The notes below the pieces were generated by a model. The model saw only the letters and a program-made list of their open reading frames with translations, did no database searches and was not told the DNA's origin. From a virus, in the IMG/VR virus record IMGVR_UViG_3300044846_004119, positions 96,001 to 160,000 of that record: DNA of 64,000 bases; one strand, written 5' to 3'. The translations under genes were made by a program, and so were the position numbers. Shown here in pieces: positions 37,315 through 46,084 of this stretch (positions within the stretch are counted from its first letter, which is position 1; every line of letters begins with the position of its first letter).

Positions 37315-38166
37315 ATGGAAACAGGAAAAATAATAAATGGAGATTGCATCAAGGTAATGAAAACATTATCTGATGGGTGTGTTGATTTGGTTGTGACATC
37401 ACCACCATATAATTGCGGAATTAAATATGATACCCACATAGATGACTTACCTATGGATAAATATTGGGGTTGGACAAGAGAATGGTTAACAGAAACTTAC
37501 CGATTGATTAAAGATGACGGTAGAGTCTCAATTAACATTCCCTACGAAGTGAATGTTCAAGATAGAGGAGGTAGAGTATTTTTTGTTTCAGAATTTTATC
37601 AAATAATGAAAGAGGTTGGATTTAAATTCTTTGGAATCGTGGATTTAGAAGAAGATTCGCCACACAGAAGTAAGACAACCGCATGGGGTTCTTGGATGAG
37701 TCCTAGTTCTCCATATATTTATAATCCAAAAGAATGTGTAATATTAGCTTATAAAAAACAACACATTAAAAAAGTTAAAGGTGAGCCAGAGTGGAAAGGA
37801 GTCCCAACTGAGATTGAACAGGAAGATGGGACATTAAAGAAAAAAATTGTATATGAGGAAAAAGATAAGAAAGAGTTTATGGAACTTGTATTTGGTCAGT
37901 GGAATTACTTTGCAGATACTAAATCACTCACCAAGGCAACTTTCTCGATGGACATACCAACAAAAGCAATTAAAATATTGTCCTACAAAAACGATGTAGT
38001 TCTTGACCCATTTGCGGGTAGCGGGACATCATGCGTTGCTGCGGAAATATTAGATAGACGATGGATAGGTATAGAACTAAGTCCTGACTACGCTGAGATT
38101 TCTCGTAAACGAATACAATCTTTTGTGGATAAGAAAAAACAACTTAAATTAGAATTTAATAAATAG
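37315..38166 (+). CDS. Beta-class N4/N6 DNA methyltransferase, orphan
   Basis: INGDC, VVTSPPYN preceding VLDPFAGSGT, WIGIEL. Confidence 0.88.
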   Translation: METGKIINGDCIKVMKTLSDGCVDLVVTSPPYNCGIKYDTHIDDLPMDKYWGWTREWLTETYRLIKDDGRVSINIPYEVNVQDRGGRVFFVSEFYQIMKEVGFKFFGIVDLEEDSPHRSKTTAWGSWMSPSSPYIYNPKECVILAYKKQHIKKVKGEPEWKGVPTEIEQEDGTLKKKIVYEEKDKKEFMELVFGQWNYFADTKSLTKATFSMDIPTKAIKILSYKNDVVLDPFAGSGTSCVAAEILDRRWIGIELSPDYAEISRKRIQSFVDKKKQLKLEFNK

Positions 38167-38194
38167 GGGAATTTAATATCCCCTTTTTTGTTTT
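38165..38194 (+). terminator. Intrinsic terminator
   Basis: AGGGGA/TCCCCT stem plus T run. Confidence 0.6.
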
Positions 38195-38220
38195 CATGAT
38201 ATTTATTATAAAAAATACAC

Positions 38221-39369
38221 ATGAAAGGAATGAAACTTAATGAGTCTGAATTAAAAGACAGGATATTTCAAATTTATAAAGAGGAACAATATAAGATTCT
38301 TGAAGAAAAATGGAACAAATTATCTAAAGAAGATAAAATATTTGTTTTTGAATTTGCAAAAAAAATATACACTGAACAAACCAAGTTAATAAAAGAATCT
38401 AAATGGTATAATACTCTTGGTGATGTTGTCGGTATCTTTGACCCAACAGGTATTGTTGATATTGTTAATGGTATTAGTTATTGGAGACAAGGTGATAAAT
38501 TATATGCAATTCTTTCATTTGTTTCGGCAATCCCTTATTTAGGTGACCTTATCGCTAAACCTGTCATTGGTGTTATGAAATTAGGTGGTGGAGCCGCTAA
38601 AGCGTTTAAAGCAGCAACTTTAACTGGCGATGCCGTTAAAATTGCTGGTACGGCAAAAAGAGCTGGTGGACCTATTGCTAAGATGGTTGAGACTGCTCCA
38701 ACTTGGGGTGAGAAATTAGTGACCGCTTTAAAAGGGTCTATTGGCCGAGTTCCTTTGTTAGGTTCTGGCTTAGTAAAAGTTATTGAAGAGTACGTCCAAA
38801 TTTTTGGTAAAGCCGGAAAAGAAATGAAAGCGGGAACTGAAATTGGTAAAGGTATTGTAAAAAGTGAAAAGGCGTTAAGCGCTGTTGAAAAAGAAGAATT
38901 ATTAAAACAAATGAGTAAAGACCAATCTTTCAGAGGGTTTAGAGATTTAGGCACTGGAAAAAATAGTTGGTTAAGTTTTATGAAATCGGATGCAAGTTTA
39001 GGCGCTAAATTTTATGCGGGGGTTCCTAGAATTTTTGGTGGTAATCCTGCAACAAGGTCTTTGATGAAAAGAACTAAATTTTATGCGGGGTTTTTAGATT
39101 GGTTAGGTGTTGGAAATTTTGTTGGTCCTGATGAGCTTGAAAAAATGTACCCTGACGTTGAAAAACAGTATGAACAATACGCTCAATTACCCGAATCACA
39201 AAATTTATGGAATCAGGAGTTTGCCTCAGGACAAACAACACAAACTACTGTAGCGTCCGAGTTACCATCATTGTCTACTGCAAAACAATCAACATCAACT
39301 GCGGTTAAAACAGATGCATTCACATCATTAATTAGTTCACTATTAGGTGGGGGAAAAGCGTTAGTATGA
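38221..39369 (+). CDS. Tagged protein with pre-toxin TG-like domain and Gly/Ala-rich amphipathic region
   Basis: MKLNESEL tag, LGDVVGIFDPTGIVDIVNGISYWRQGDKLYAILSFVSAIPYLGD. Confidence 0.6.
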   Translation: MKGMKLNESELKDRIFQIYKEEQYKILEEKWNKLSKEDKIFVFEFAKKIYTEQTKLIKESKWYNTLGDVVGIFDPTGIVDIVNGISYWRQGDKLYAILSFVSAIPYLGDLIAKPVIGVMKLGGGAAKAFKAATLTGDAVKIAGTAKRAGGPIAKMVETAPTWGEKLVTALKGSIGRVPLLGSGLVKVIEEYVQIFGKAGKEMKAGTEIGKGIVKSEKALSAVEKEELLKQMSKDQSFRGFRDLGTGKNSWLSFMKSDASLGAKFYAGVPRIFGGNPATRSLMKRTKFYAGFLDWLGVGNFVGPDELEKMYPDVEKQYEQYAQLPESQNLWNQEFASGQTTQTTVASELPSLSTAKQSTSTAVKTDAFTSLISSLLGGGKALV

Positions 39370-40772
39370 AAAACTTACTAAAAGAAAGTGGTATCAGAGA
39401 TATCAATAAGTTAGCTAAACGTTATTCTAAAGCTGAAATTTATTTTCACCAAGATTTGGATGGCGTAACAACCGCACTTGCGATGAAAAAATACCTTGAA
39501 GACAATGGTATTAAAGTTGTTGATGCTCACGTTATTCAATACGGGGATAAAGAGTTCTCGGTAAAGAAGAATGACGCTCAAGGTGATATTATGCCAGTAC
39601 TTGTGGATTTTGCTCATGGTAAACCAATGTTTGTTATCCATACAGACCACCACGATAGACAAGCGGGTGCGGAAGACACTAAATCAACTTCATTTAGAAG
39701 TTCACGTTCAAATGTTGAAACAATATCCCAGGTGGTATCACCTAATGAAATATTCTCACCTGAAGATATTCAATTAATATCTATGGTTGACTCAGCTAAT
39801 TACGCGGCGAACGAAGTAACGGTTGACCAAGTAATAAATTATTTATTCAAATTAGATAAAGATAAATCTTTGGGTAAAAACAAAACTGCCTTAGGTTTAG
39901 TTGCTAATAAGTTATTATTGGCGTTTAAAAATAAACCAGGGTTTTTAGAAGAACTTGTTATGGTTGGAACCCCATCACTTATGAATCTTGTTACTAACAT
40001 AAAAAGAATCATGATTGAAAAAGGTTACGCTACCGTACCCGAATTACAGAAAAACAAAGAAGGTTATATTGACCAAATGAAAAACCACCATAATGTTAAA
40101 ATTGAAGGTAACATTATTGTTCAATACGGAGGTGGTAGTATGATGAAACCTGGTTCTTATGATAGATACACGCCCTTCAAAAATAACCCTGACGCTGATT
40201 TCTTAGTTATTGCTTGGCCATTAGGTTTAGTTCAAGCGTCTTGTAATCCTTATAAAAAAGAACGTGAGTTAAAAGGTGTTAACTTAGGTGAGATTGCTCA
40301 GGAAGTACTTGCTAAATGGGAGACTCAATTACAAGAAAGACAAATACCGTTATCAACAATTAAATGGATTTCTGAAGGTTCAAAAGGATTTGGTCCTGAA
40401 TCAGTTGGGTTTACCTTTAAAGATTTTGTTGCGTTATATGGTAACAATTTTAAAACAATGGAGAATGGTAAAAAACATTTAACTCAAATTGGTAAAATGA
40501 TGGAAATTCCTTTTACTGAATTAAGCGAGGAAGAAATGAAAATGTTAGATGGTGTCACAATTAATGCTTGGGATTTAATTCAAGCTAATAGTGGTGGACA
40601 TAAATGTATCACGAACATTTCGGGGCTTAGTTATTTAGGTAGGTCTAAAAGACCGCCAGATGGAAAGTACAAGTATAATGCTGAGTCAGATGATTCTCCT
40701 TATGTGAAGTTTACTAAAATGGTTCAAAAAGAATTGGTAAATGTGTTACAGTCTAAAATTAATGAAGGTTAA
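39366..40772 (+). CDS. DHH/DHHA1-family phosphoesterase
   Basis: HQDLDG, VLVDF, HTDHH, MVDS and C-terminal SGGH. ATGA-coupled to the upstream gene. Confidence 0.7.
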   Translation: MKNLLKESGIRDINKLAKRYSKAEIYFHQDLDGVTTALAMKKYLEDNGIKVVDAHVIQYGDKEFSVKKNDAQGDIMPVLVDFAHGKPMFVIHTDHHDRQAGAEDTKSTSFRSSRSNVETISQVVSPNEIFSPEDIQLISMVDSANYAANEVTVDQVINYLFKLDKDKSLGKNKTALGLVANKLLLAFKNKPGFLEELVMVGTPSLMNLVTNIKRIMIEKGYATVPELQKNKEGYIDQMKNHHNVKIEGNIIVQYGGGSMMKPGSYDRYTPFKNNPDADFLVIAWPLGLVQASCNPYKKERELKGVNLGEIAQEVLAKWETQLQERQIPLSTIKWISEGSKGFGPESVGFTFKDFVALYGNNFKTMENGKKHLTQIGKMMEIPFTELSEEEMKMLDGVTINAWDLIQANSGGHKCITNISGLSYLGRSKRPPDGKYKYNAESDDSPYVKFTKMVQKELVNVLQSKINEG

Positions 40773-41110
40773 AAATTAACCTCATCACCGATTTGTAATC
40801 CTAATTTTTTTGCGGTACCCCCCATAATTTCTAAAATTATATCACCTTCACCACAGTAATTAACACATTCATCTGTCGTACATGGGGAACAATTATGGTG
40901 TATTTTAGTTATGGTATTACTATCAATAAAAATAATGTCTAACGGGATAATACAATTTTTCATCCAAAAACAATGTTCACCATCATCTATTAAAAATAAC
41001 ATACCATTATAGGAACTGTCAAATTTTTTACCCATCATACCACTTTCAGTATCTTTTGGAGTAATAACTGTTTTAACTTTAAACTTATTGTTATTAATTT
41101 TTATTATCAT
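40769..41110 (-). CDS. DUF192-family protein
   Basis: GMM..., GMLF, FWMKNC.IPLDIIFID, ILEI..G.A..LGL..GD. Confidence 0.85.
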   Translation of the reverse strand: MIIKINNNKFKVKTVITPKDTESGMMGKKFDSSYNGMLFLIDDGEHCFWMKNCIIPLDIIFIDSNTITKIHHNCSPCTTDECVNYCGEGDIILEIMGGTAKKLGLQIGDEVNF

Positions 41111-41190
41111 ATTTAATAAATATCTTAAGTTTTTATAATAAAATTTTAAAAATAGTTTTTCTTTTTGAAAAGTTTAATATATTTATATCC

Positions 41191-41268
41191 TACAAAGCCC
41201 CAACGACCCCCTTTCTTGAGTTGGTTAATAATTAAACCCTAACAGTGTAAAAATTGTTAGGGTTTTTA
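41191..41268 (+). ncRNA. Candidate small non-coding RNA upstream of smpB
   Basis: TATTTAT (41180-86) upstream, CCAAC/GTTGG hairpin with C-rich loop, 11-bp terminator AAACCCTAACA/TGTTAGGGTTT plus T run, no ORF. Confidence 0.35.
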
Positions 41269-41280
41269 ATTTTTAATCAC

Positions 41281-41288
41281 TATCTTTG
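41281..41288 (+). promoter_or_regulatory. Host-type -7 element of smpB, probably leaderless
   Basis: TATCTTTG exactly 4 nt before the ATG, TTAG 20 nt upstream. Confidence 0.6.
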
Positions 41289-41292
41289 CTTT

Positions 41293-41727
41293 ATGGGGAC
41301 TCAAATCAGCATAATAAATCGTAAAGTTAAGTTCGAATATTCATTTATTGAAACTTTGATTGTTGGTATAAAATTGGTTGGTCCTGAAGTTAAATCAATT
41401 CGTAGTGGTAAAGTGTCATTAGTTGATGCTTATTGTTTTTTTATTGATAACGAGTTAGTAGTTAAAGGAATGAATATTCCAGAATATAAAATGGCGTATA
41501 CTCACGAACCATTGCGAGATAGAAAGTTATTACTTAAGAAAAAAGAAATTGTTAAATTACAAAAAGAACTTGTTAAAGGATTAACATTGGTCCCATATAG
41601 AATATTTTCAAATGATAGAGGATTGTTGAAGATGGAAATAGTTTTGGGTAAGGGTAAAAAATTACATGATAAGAGAGAATCTATTAAAGAAAGAGATATT
41701 AATAGAGAAATTATGCGTGGCATTTAA
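41293..41727 (+). CDS. smpB: SsrA-binding protein SmpB
   Basis: NRKVKFEY, GI.L.G.EVKSIR.GKVSL.DAY, H.P.RDRKLLL.K.EI, GKGKKLHDKRE.IKERD. ATG 41293 (track TTG 41254). Confidence 0.92.
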   Translation: MGTQISIINRKVKFEYSFIETLIVGIKLVGPEVKSIRSGKVSLVDAYCFFIDNELVVKGMNIPEYKMAYTHEPLRDRKLLLKKKEIVKLQKELVKGLTLVPYRIFSNDRGLLKMEIVLGKGKKLHDKRESIKERDINREIMRGI

Positions 41728-41765
41728 AAATTTTTTGTATCTTTGTAATCACAAACACCGATACT

Positions 41766-42509
41766 ATGACAGACGCATTAACACAAAAAAAAATTGCAAA
41801 AACTAAGTACCAAGACGCTAAGCGTAGTGCGTTAAGAAGTTATGACCAACAAAAGTTGGTAATTGACATTAAACAAAAAGTTTTTGAAGATTTTTATACC
41901 GATATGGTTAAAGTATCTCCTGATTTTGAATTGGTTAAAACTCAAAATTCTTTGGACTATAAAGTTTGGGTTAATTCATTTCCTGTTGAAACTTTAACAT
42001 TAAATTATTTTGATTATGAAATTAAATACACAGGTAAATTACCTGAAGTAGTATCAAAAGGTAAAATTCGTATTGATGTTAGTGAACACTATGTTACTCC
42101 AAGAGGTTCGTGGAAACAAAAAAACTTGGGTTTTAAAATTAAAACTTTATTAGGTTATAATGAAGAAAGTCCATATTACAAATCTGGTAGAACTGTTGCT
42201 AAGAAAATAATTGAATATGTAGATTCTTTATGGGTAATTGAAAAAGACAGATTATTAAAACAAGATATAAGAAGCCGTGCCTTCAGAGAATTAATTGGCA
42301 TGTTTAGTTTTTCTAGAGTTGATTTTGGTACACCAACAACGCCAAACGACCCTAATACTTTTACAGTAACTAATGTTAATAAAACCAAGATTATTTTAGG
42401 GTACAGATATCGTTCTGTTAATGATAAGATTGAGTTTATTAAAAAGGATATCATTGTACCTAAAGAATTTAATTTAACTTCTTTAGTGGAAAAATTAGGA
42501 GAATTGTAA
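41766..42509 (+). CDS. Hypothetical protein
   Basis: 247-aa ORF, TATCTTTG at 41738-45. Confidence 0.65.
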   Translation: MTDALTQKKIAKTKYQDAKRSALRSYDQQKLVIDIKQKVFEDFYTDMVKVSPDFELVKTQNSLDYKVWVNSFPVETLTLNYFDYEIKYTGKLPEVVSKGKIRIDVSEHYVTPRGSWKQKNLGFKIKTLLGYNEESPYYKSGRTVAKKIIEYVDSLWVIEKDRLLKQDIRSRAFRELIGMFSFSRVDFGTPTTPNDPNTFTVTNVNKTKIILGYRYRSVNDKIEFIKKDIIVPKEFNLTSLVEKLGEL

Positions 42510-42543
42510 AAAACTCAGTATATTTGTAGAAACAATTAAGGAT

Positions 42544-42819
42544 ATGAACACACAGACATACAACATCAGAATCGAGAACGAGAAATTTGGTAAACTTTTG
42601 AATGAAACATTCATTGATGGAATCCAATTCAAATTATTTTTGAAGATGGTTAGTGGATGTTTAGAGTTAAAAAATGACTTAACATTTTTCAACGGAACCG
42701 ATTTCTTAATCAACATTCCTTACAAATTTTTAAAGGATTCAATTATTGTTACATCAACTAACGAGTTCACTTTGGCTGACCATGCAAAAAGCAAAATTGA
42801 AGCGTTAGTTACTAAATAA
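42544..42819 (+). CDS. Hypothetical protein
   Basis: 91-aa ORF, TATATTTG at 42519-26. Confidence 0.65.
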   Translation: MNTQTYNIRIENEKFGKLLNETFIDGIQFKLFLKMVSGCLELKNDLTFFNGTDFLINIPYKFLKDSIIVTSTNEFTLADHAKSKIEALVTK

Positions 42820-42827
42820 AATAAATT

Positions 42828-43070
42828 ATGAGCATTGAAACAGGATTATTAATCTCAATTTTAGCATCACTTTATATCATCTATAAGTTTTGGAAAAAAA
42901 TTCTTAAAACTTTGTTGATTATTACAGTACTTTTTTTTGTTTTTTTAGTAATTAAAGTAAAAAGTGTTTACGATAAATTAATTTCAAAAGATACTATTGA
43001 ACAACCTAGTGAAACAATTCTTAATAAAAAAGAACTTAATAAAGTTTGGGAATTAATTACTAAAGAATAA
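42828..43070 (+). CDS. Small two-TM membrane protein
   Basis: Two hydrophobic helices. Confidence 0.55.
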   Translation: MSIETGLLISILASLYIIYKFWKKILKTLLIITVLFFVFLVIKVKSVYDKLISKDTIEQPSETILNKKELNKVWELITKE

Positions 43071-43221
43071 TAAAAAAATGTCTTTTATTAATATAAGAAC
43101 AATTTTGTTAATAAAAATGTTGATGGTTTTAGAGTTTTACCTGTTTCTGAATTCTCATAATATATTGTTTCCTTGTTTAAAAAAATAAGGTGGTGGTGTC
43201 TGACATAACCTGTCGGCCCTA

Positions 43222-43247
43222 AAGGAGACTTAGGTCTCCTTTTTTTT
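43222..43247 (+). terminator. Intrinsic terminator
   Basis: AAGGAGAC-TTAG-GTCTCCTT plus T run. Confidence 0.75.
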
Positions 43248-43277
43248 GTTTTAATGATATTTATAACTAAAACAATT

Positions 43278-43598
43278 ATGGCTAAAGATATTATTATTTC
43301 GGAAAAACAATTAGAACTGTTAGTTAATGGCGTTAAAAAAGGAAATATACAAGAGCACGGACAAGAAGGGTCTTATATGGCAAAACAACAATTATTCACT
43401 ATTGCAACATTAGCACATGCTATGTGGGAAAAAATGGAACAAGGTGAACAACTTGAGGATTGGATGGAGACTAAACTTGCTCAGGCCGAACAAAGTGTTG
43501 TTAGTGTTGTTAAGACATATATGTATGACGAATTTGAGTCTAAAGACTCTGAAGGTATGGGTAAATTAAATTACGATGAAATAGTAATTGGTAAATAA
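43278..43598 (+). CDS. Tagged hypothetical protein
   Basis: MAKDIIISEKQLELL, EGSYMAKQQL...LEDWMETKL. ATG after TATTTAT (43258-64). Confidence 0.65.
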   Translation: MAKDIIISEKQLELLVNGVKKGNIQEHGQEGSYMAKQQLFTIATLAHAMWEKMEQGEQLEDWMETKLAQAEQSVVSVVKTYMYDEFESKDSEGMGKLNYDEIVIGK

Positions 43599-43657
43599 TT
43601 AGAAAATACTTTTACATTTAAAAACTTTTGTTTTATTATTAAGACAAAAGTTTTTTT

Positions 43658-44554
43658 ATGAGTAAAATTATAGTAACAGGTGGGTTAGGTTTTATTGGGT
43701 CACATTTTGTAAATTATGTTAGAGAAAATACATACCACAAAGTATTAATTATTGATAAACTTACATACGCAGGTAATCTTAATAATCTTATATTACCAAC
43801 CGATTATTTAAAAAAAGATATATGTGATGTGATACCTGAGGATTTAGGTGACTACGATTACATAGTTAATTTTGCTGCTGAGTCACACGTTGACAATTCA
43901 ATTAAAGACGGATTACCATTTGTTAAATCAAATGTACAAGGTACCTTCAACATGATTGAGGTCGCAAGAAAAAACAAAAACCTAATTAAATTCTTACACA
44001 TTTCAACGGACGAAGTTTATGGTGATATAGATGAGTATTCAGCAATTGAATCCGATAACATTATTCCAAGTTCATATTATTCTGCAACTAAAGCATCTGC
44101 CGATATGTTGGTAATGTCTGCAGGAAGAACATATGGGTTTCCATATTTAATCACACGTACTTGTAATAATTACGGGGAAAATCAACACCACGAAAAATTT
44201 ATACCAAAGATTATTAGGTCAATTAAAAACGGTGATGAGGTACCGGTGTATGGTGATGGTGAACAAGTTAGGGAGTGGATACATGCTGATGATAACGCAA
44301 AATCAATATTAACCTTATTAATGTCGGATGAAGTTAATGAAATATATAATATTGGAACTGGAGAATCATACACTAACAACCAAATAATCAAAATGATTGG
44401 TGATATATTAGGTAAGGATGTTAAATTTAAATACGTTGAGGATAGACTAGGCCACGATAGAAGATATTCATTAAGTTCTTTAAAATATGAAAACAAATTT
44501 GGTGTAATGCAAAATACTAAACTAACCGAATGGTTAAAAAAAATAATTAAATAA
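43658..44554 (+). CDS. rmlB: dTDP-glucose 4,6-dehydratase
   Basis: VTGGLGFIG, DKLTYAGN, FAAESHVDNSI, HISTDEVYG, YSATK, CNNYG, REWIH. Confidence 0.92.
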   Translation: MSKIIVTGGLGFIGSHFVNYVRENTYHKVLIIDKLTYAGNLNNLILPTDYLKKDICDVIPEDLGDYDYIVNFAAESHVDNSIKDGLPFVKSNVQGTFNMIEVARKNKNLIKFLHISTDEVYGDIDEYSAIESDNIIPSSYYSATKASADMLVMSAGRTYGFPYLITRTCNNYGENQHHEKFIPKIIRSIKNGDEVPVYGDGEQVREWIHADDNAKSILTLLMSDEVNEIYNIGTGESYTNNQIIKMIGDILGKDVKFKYVEDRLGHDRRYSLSSLKYENKFGVMQNTKLTEWLKKIIK

Positions 44555-44560
44555 ATAAAA

Positions 44561-44782
44561 ATGGTAGAAAAACAAAACAGATTACTTAATGCGTTAGACG
44601 CAAAATATCGAGCGGAAATAATGGACGCTTTAGCAAGATTAGAAGTTTACGTAACTTCACCCGTTGCAATTGGGGAACATCCACAACATACTGAAGAAAT
44701 GGATAAATTAATTGAACAGTATGCAAATGCTAAAGATAAAGCTGAATCATTAATGATTATGAAAGCGGAATTAGGATTTTAA
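44561..44782 (+). CDS. Small phage hypothetical protein
   Basis: PVAIGEH motif in a helical 73-aa ORF. Confidence 0.6.
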   Translation: MVEKQNRLLNALDAKYRAEIMDALARLEVYVTSPVAIGEHPQHTEEMDKLIEQYANAKDKAESLMIMKAELGF

Positions 44783-44812
44783 ATGAGTTAATTTAAACAA
44801 ATAATAAATAAT

Positions 44813-45334
44813 ATGGAAGAAGGTTTATTAATACATAATTCAGTATTCAAAGATAGTCGAGGAACATTTGCACCTTTACCTTTAAAATTTGATGAAAGTA
44901 ACTTATCTGTTTTACGTAAAGATTGGGTACAAAGTAATATTAGTGTTAACCCTAATAAATTTACGTTTAGAGGATTACATTTTCAAGTTGGTGAGTTCGC
45001 TCAGTCAAAGTTAGTTAAGGTCATTACGGGGAAGATAATCGACTTCATCGTTGATATTAGACCTAATTCGCCTAACTATCTAAAGACTTATGAGTTTGTT
45101 GTAGAACCTAACAATGAATTGTTTGTCCCTAAAGGATTTGCCCACGGGTTTATAACTACTGAGGATAACACGGTAGTTCAGTACTTGGTAGACAATGATT
45201 ACTCACCATTAAAGGAGGGTTCCATTTTTTGGGCTGACTTTAATTTAGTTAAACAAACCGTAGAACGAGTGATTGAGGATAATGAGTTAACAATTTCAAC
45301 AAAGGATTTGGTAACTAAAAATTTTAATGTATAA
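44813..45334 (+). CDS. rmlC: dTDP-4-dehydrorhamnose 3,5-epimerase
   Basis: FKDSRG.F, Q.N.S, RGLHFQ, Q.KLV.V..G.I.D..VDIRP.SP, LFVPKGFAHGF, Y.VDN.Y. Confidence 0.9.
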   Translation: MEEGLLIHNSVFKDSRGTFAPLPLKFDESNLSVLRKDWVQSNISVNPNKFTFRGLHFQVGEFAQSKLVKVITGKIIDFIVDIRPNSPNYLKTYEFVVEPNNELFVPKGFAHGFITTEDNTVVQYLVDNDYSPLKEGSIFWADFNLVKQTVERVIEDNELTISTKDLVTKNFNV

Positions 45335-45593
45335 TCAAGCGATAAAATTTCATGAGAATAAGACAATACCAATTGAACTACCAAGTCCAACAGGCACAAC
45401 TTCTGTTGATATAAAGTTAAAAAGTGGGAAGAATGACCTCAGTTTTATTGTTGAAGTTTATAGAACCAAGGATATTAATGGTTTAACTAATAAAGTAATA
45501 CAACACTATATCTACAAACAATTATCATTGTATCTAACATTATTCTCAATCGATGACGAATATAACATAGAGACTTTTAATTTTATTGATTGA
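45327..45593 (+). CDS. Hypothetical protein
   Basis: 88-aa coupled ORF. Confidence 0.5.
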   Translation: MYNQAIKFHENKTIPIELPSPTGTTSVDIKLKSGKNDLSFIVEVYRTKDINGLTNKVIQHYIYKQLSLYLTLFSIDDEYNIETFNFID

Positions 45594-45620
45594 TAAGATA
45601 TTTATAGTGAAAACATTACT

Positions 45621-46064
45621 ATGAAAAATGAAATTTTAAAAGATAAAATATTTGAGGTTATTAAACAACAAGAATTATTAACCGAACAAAAAACAGGTAC
45701 TAAAGATTTTATTGAGATGGTTTCTCTGTTATTTCACTCTAGAACTCAAGCACATACATTACATTTACAGACCAAATCATTTGCTGAACATAGTGCATTA
45801 AATGGGTATTATGACGAAATTGGAGGATTGGTTGATGGGATTATAGAATCATACCAAGGTAAATATAGTATCCTCAAAGGGTATAAAAAATACGATATTG
45901 AAGATTATAAAGACTCAACAACCACAATTAATTATTTTAAAGACCTTTGTGGACAAGTTAATGATTTAAGAGATTGTTGTAAAGATTCTTATATTCAAAA
46001 TCAAATTGATACTGTTTGTGAATTAATTAACTCAACATTATATAAATTAAGATTTTTAAAATAA
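45621..46064 (+). CDS. Dps/ferritin-like protein (DUF5856-like) with N-terminal leader
   Basis: QAH.LHLQT.SFAEH.AL..YYD.....VD...ESYQG, LLTEQ leader, TATTTAT at 45599-605. Confidence 0.6.
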   Translation: MKNEILKDKIFEVIKQQELLTEQKTGTKDFIEMVSLLFHSRTQAHTLHLQTKSFAEHSALNGYYDEIGGLVDGIIESYQGKYSILKGYKKYDIEDYKDSTTTINYFKDLCGQVNDLRDCCKDSYIQNQIDTVCELINSTLYKLRFLK

Positions 46065-46084
46065 TTAAATCAATATTTATTTTT

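Noticed and set aside
38221-40772. Classical toxin-immunity pair
   Set aside because: No recognisable toxin tip, and the downstream gene is a large enzyme rather than a small immunity protein. Kept only as a repurposed-module hypothesis.
43188-43220. Fluoride riboswitch resemblance (GGTGGTGGTGTCTGACATAACC)
   Set aside because: The P1 stem would contain a mismatch, the downstream pseudoknot-pairing strand is absent, and no fluoride-related gene follows.
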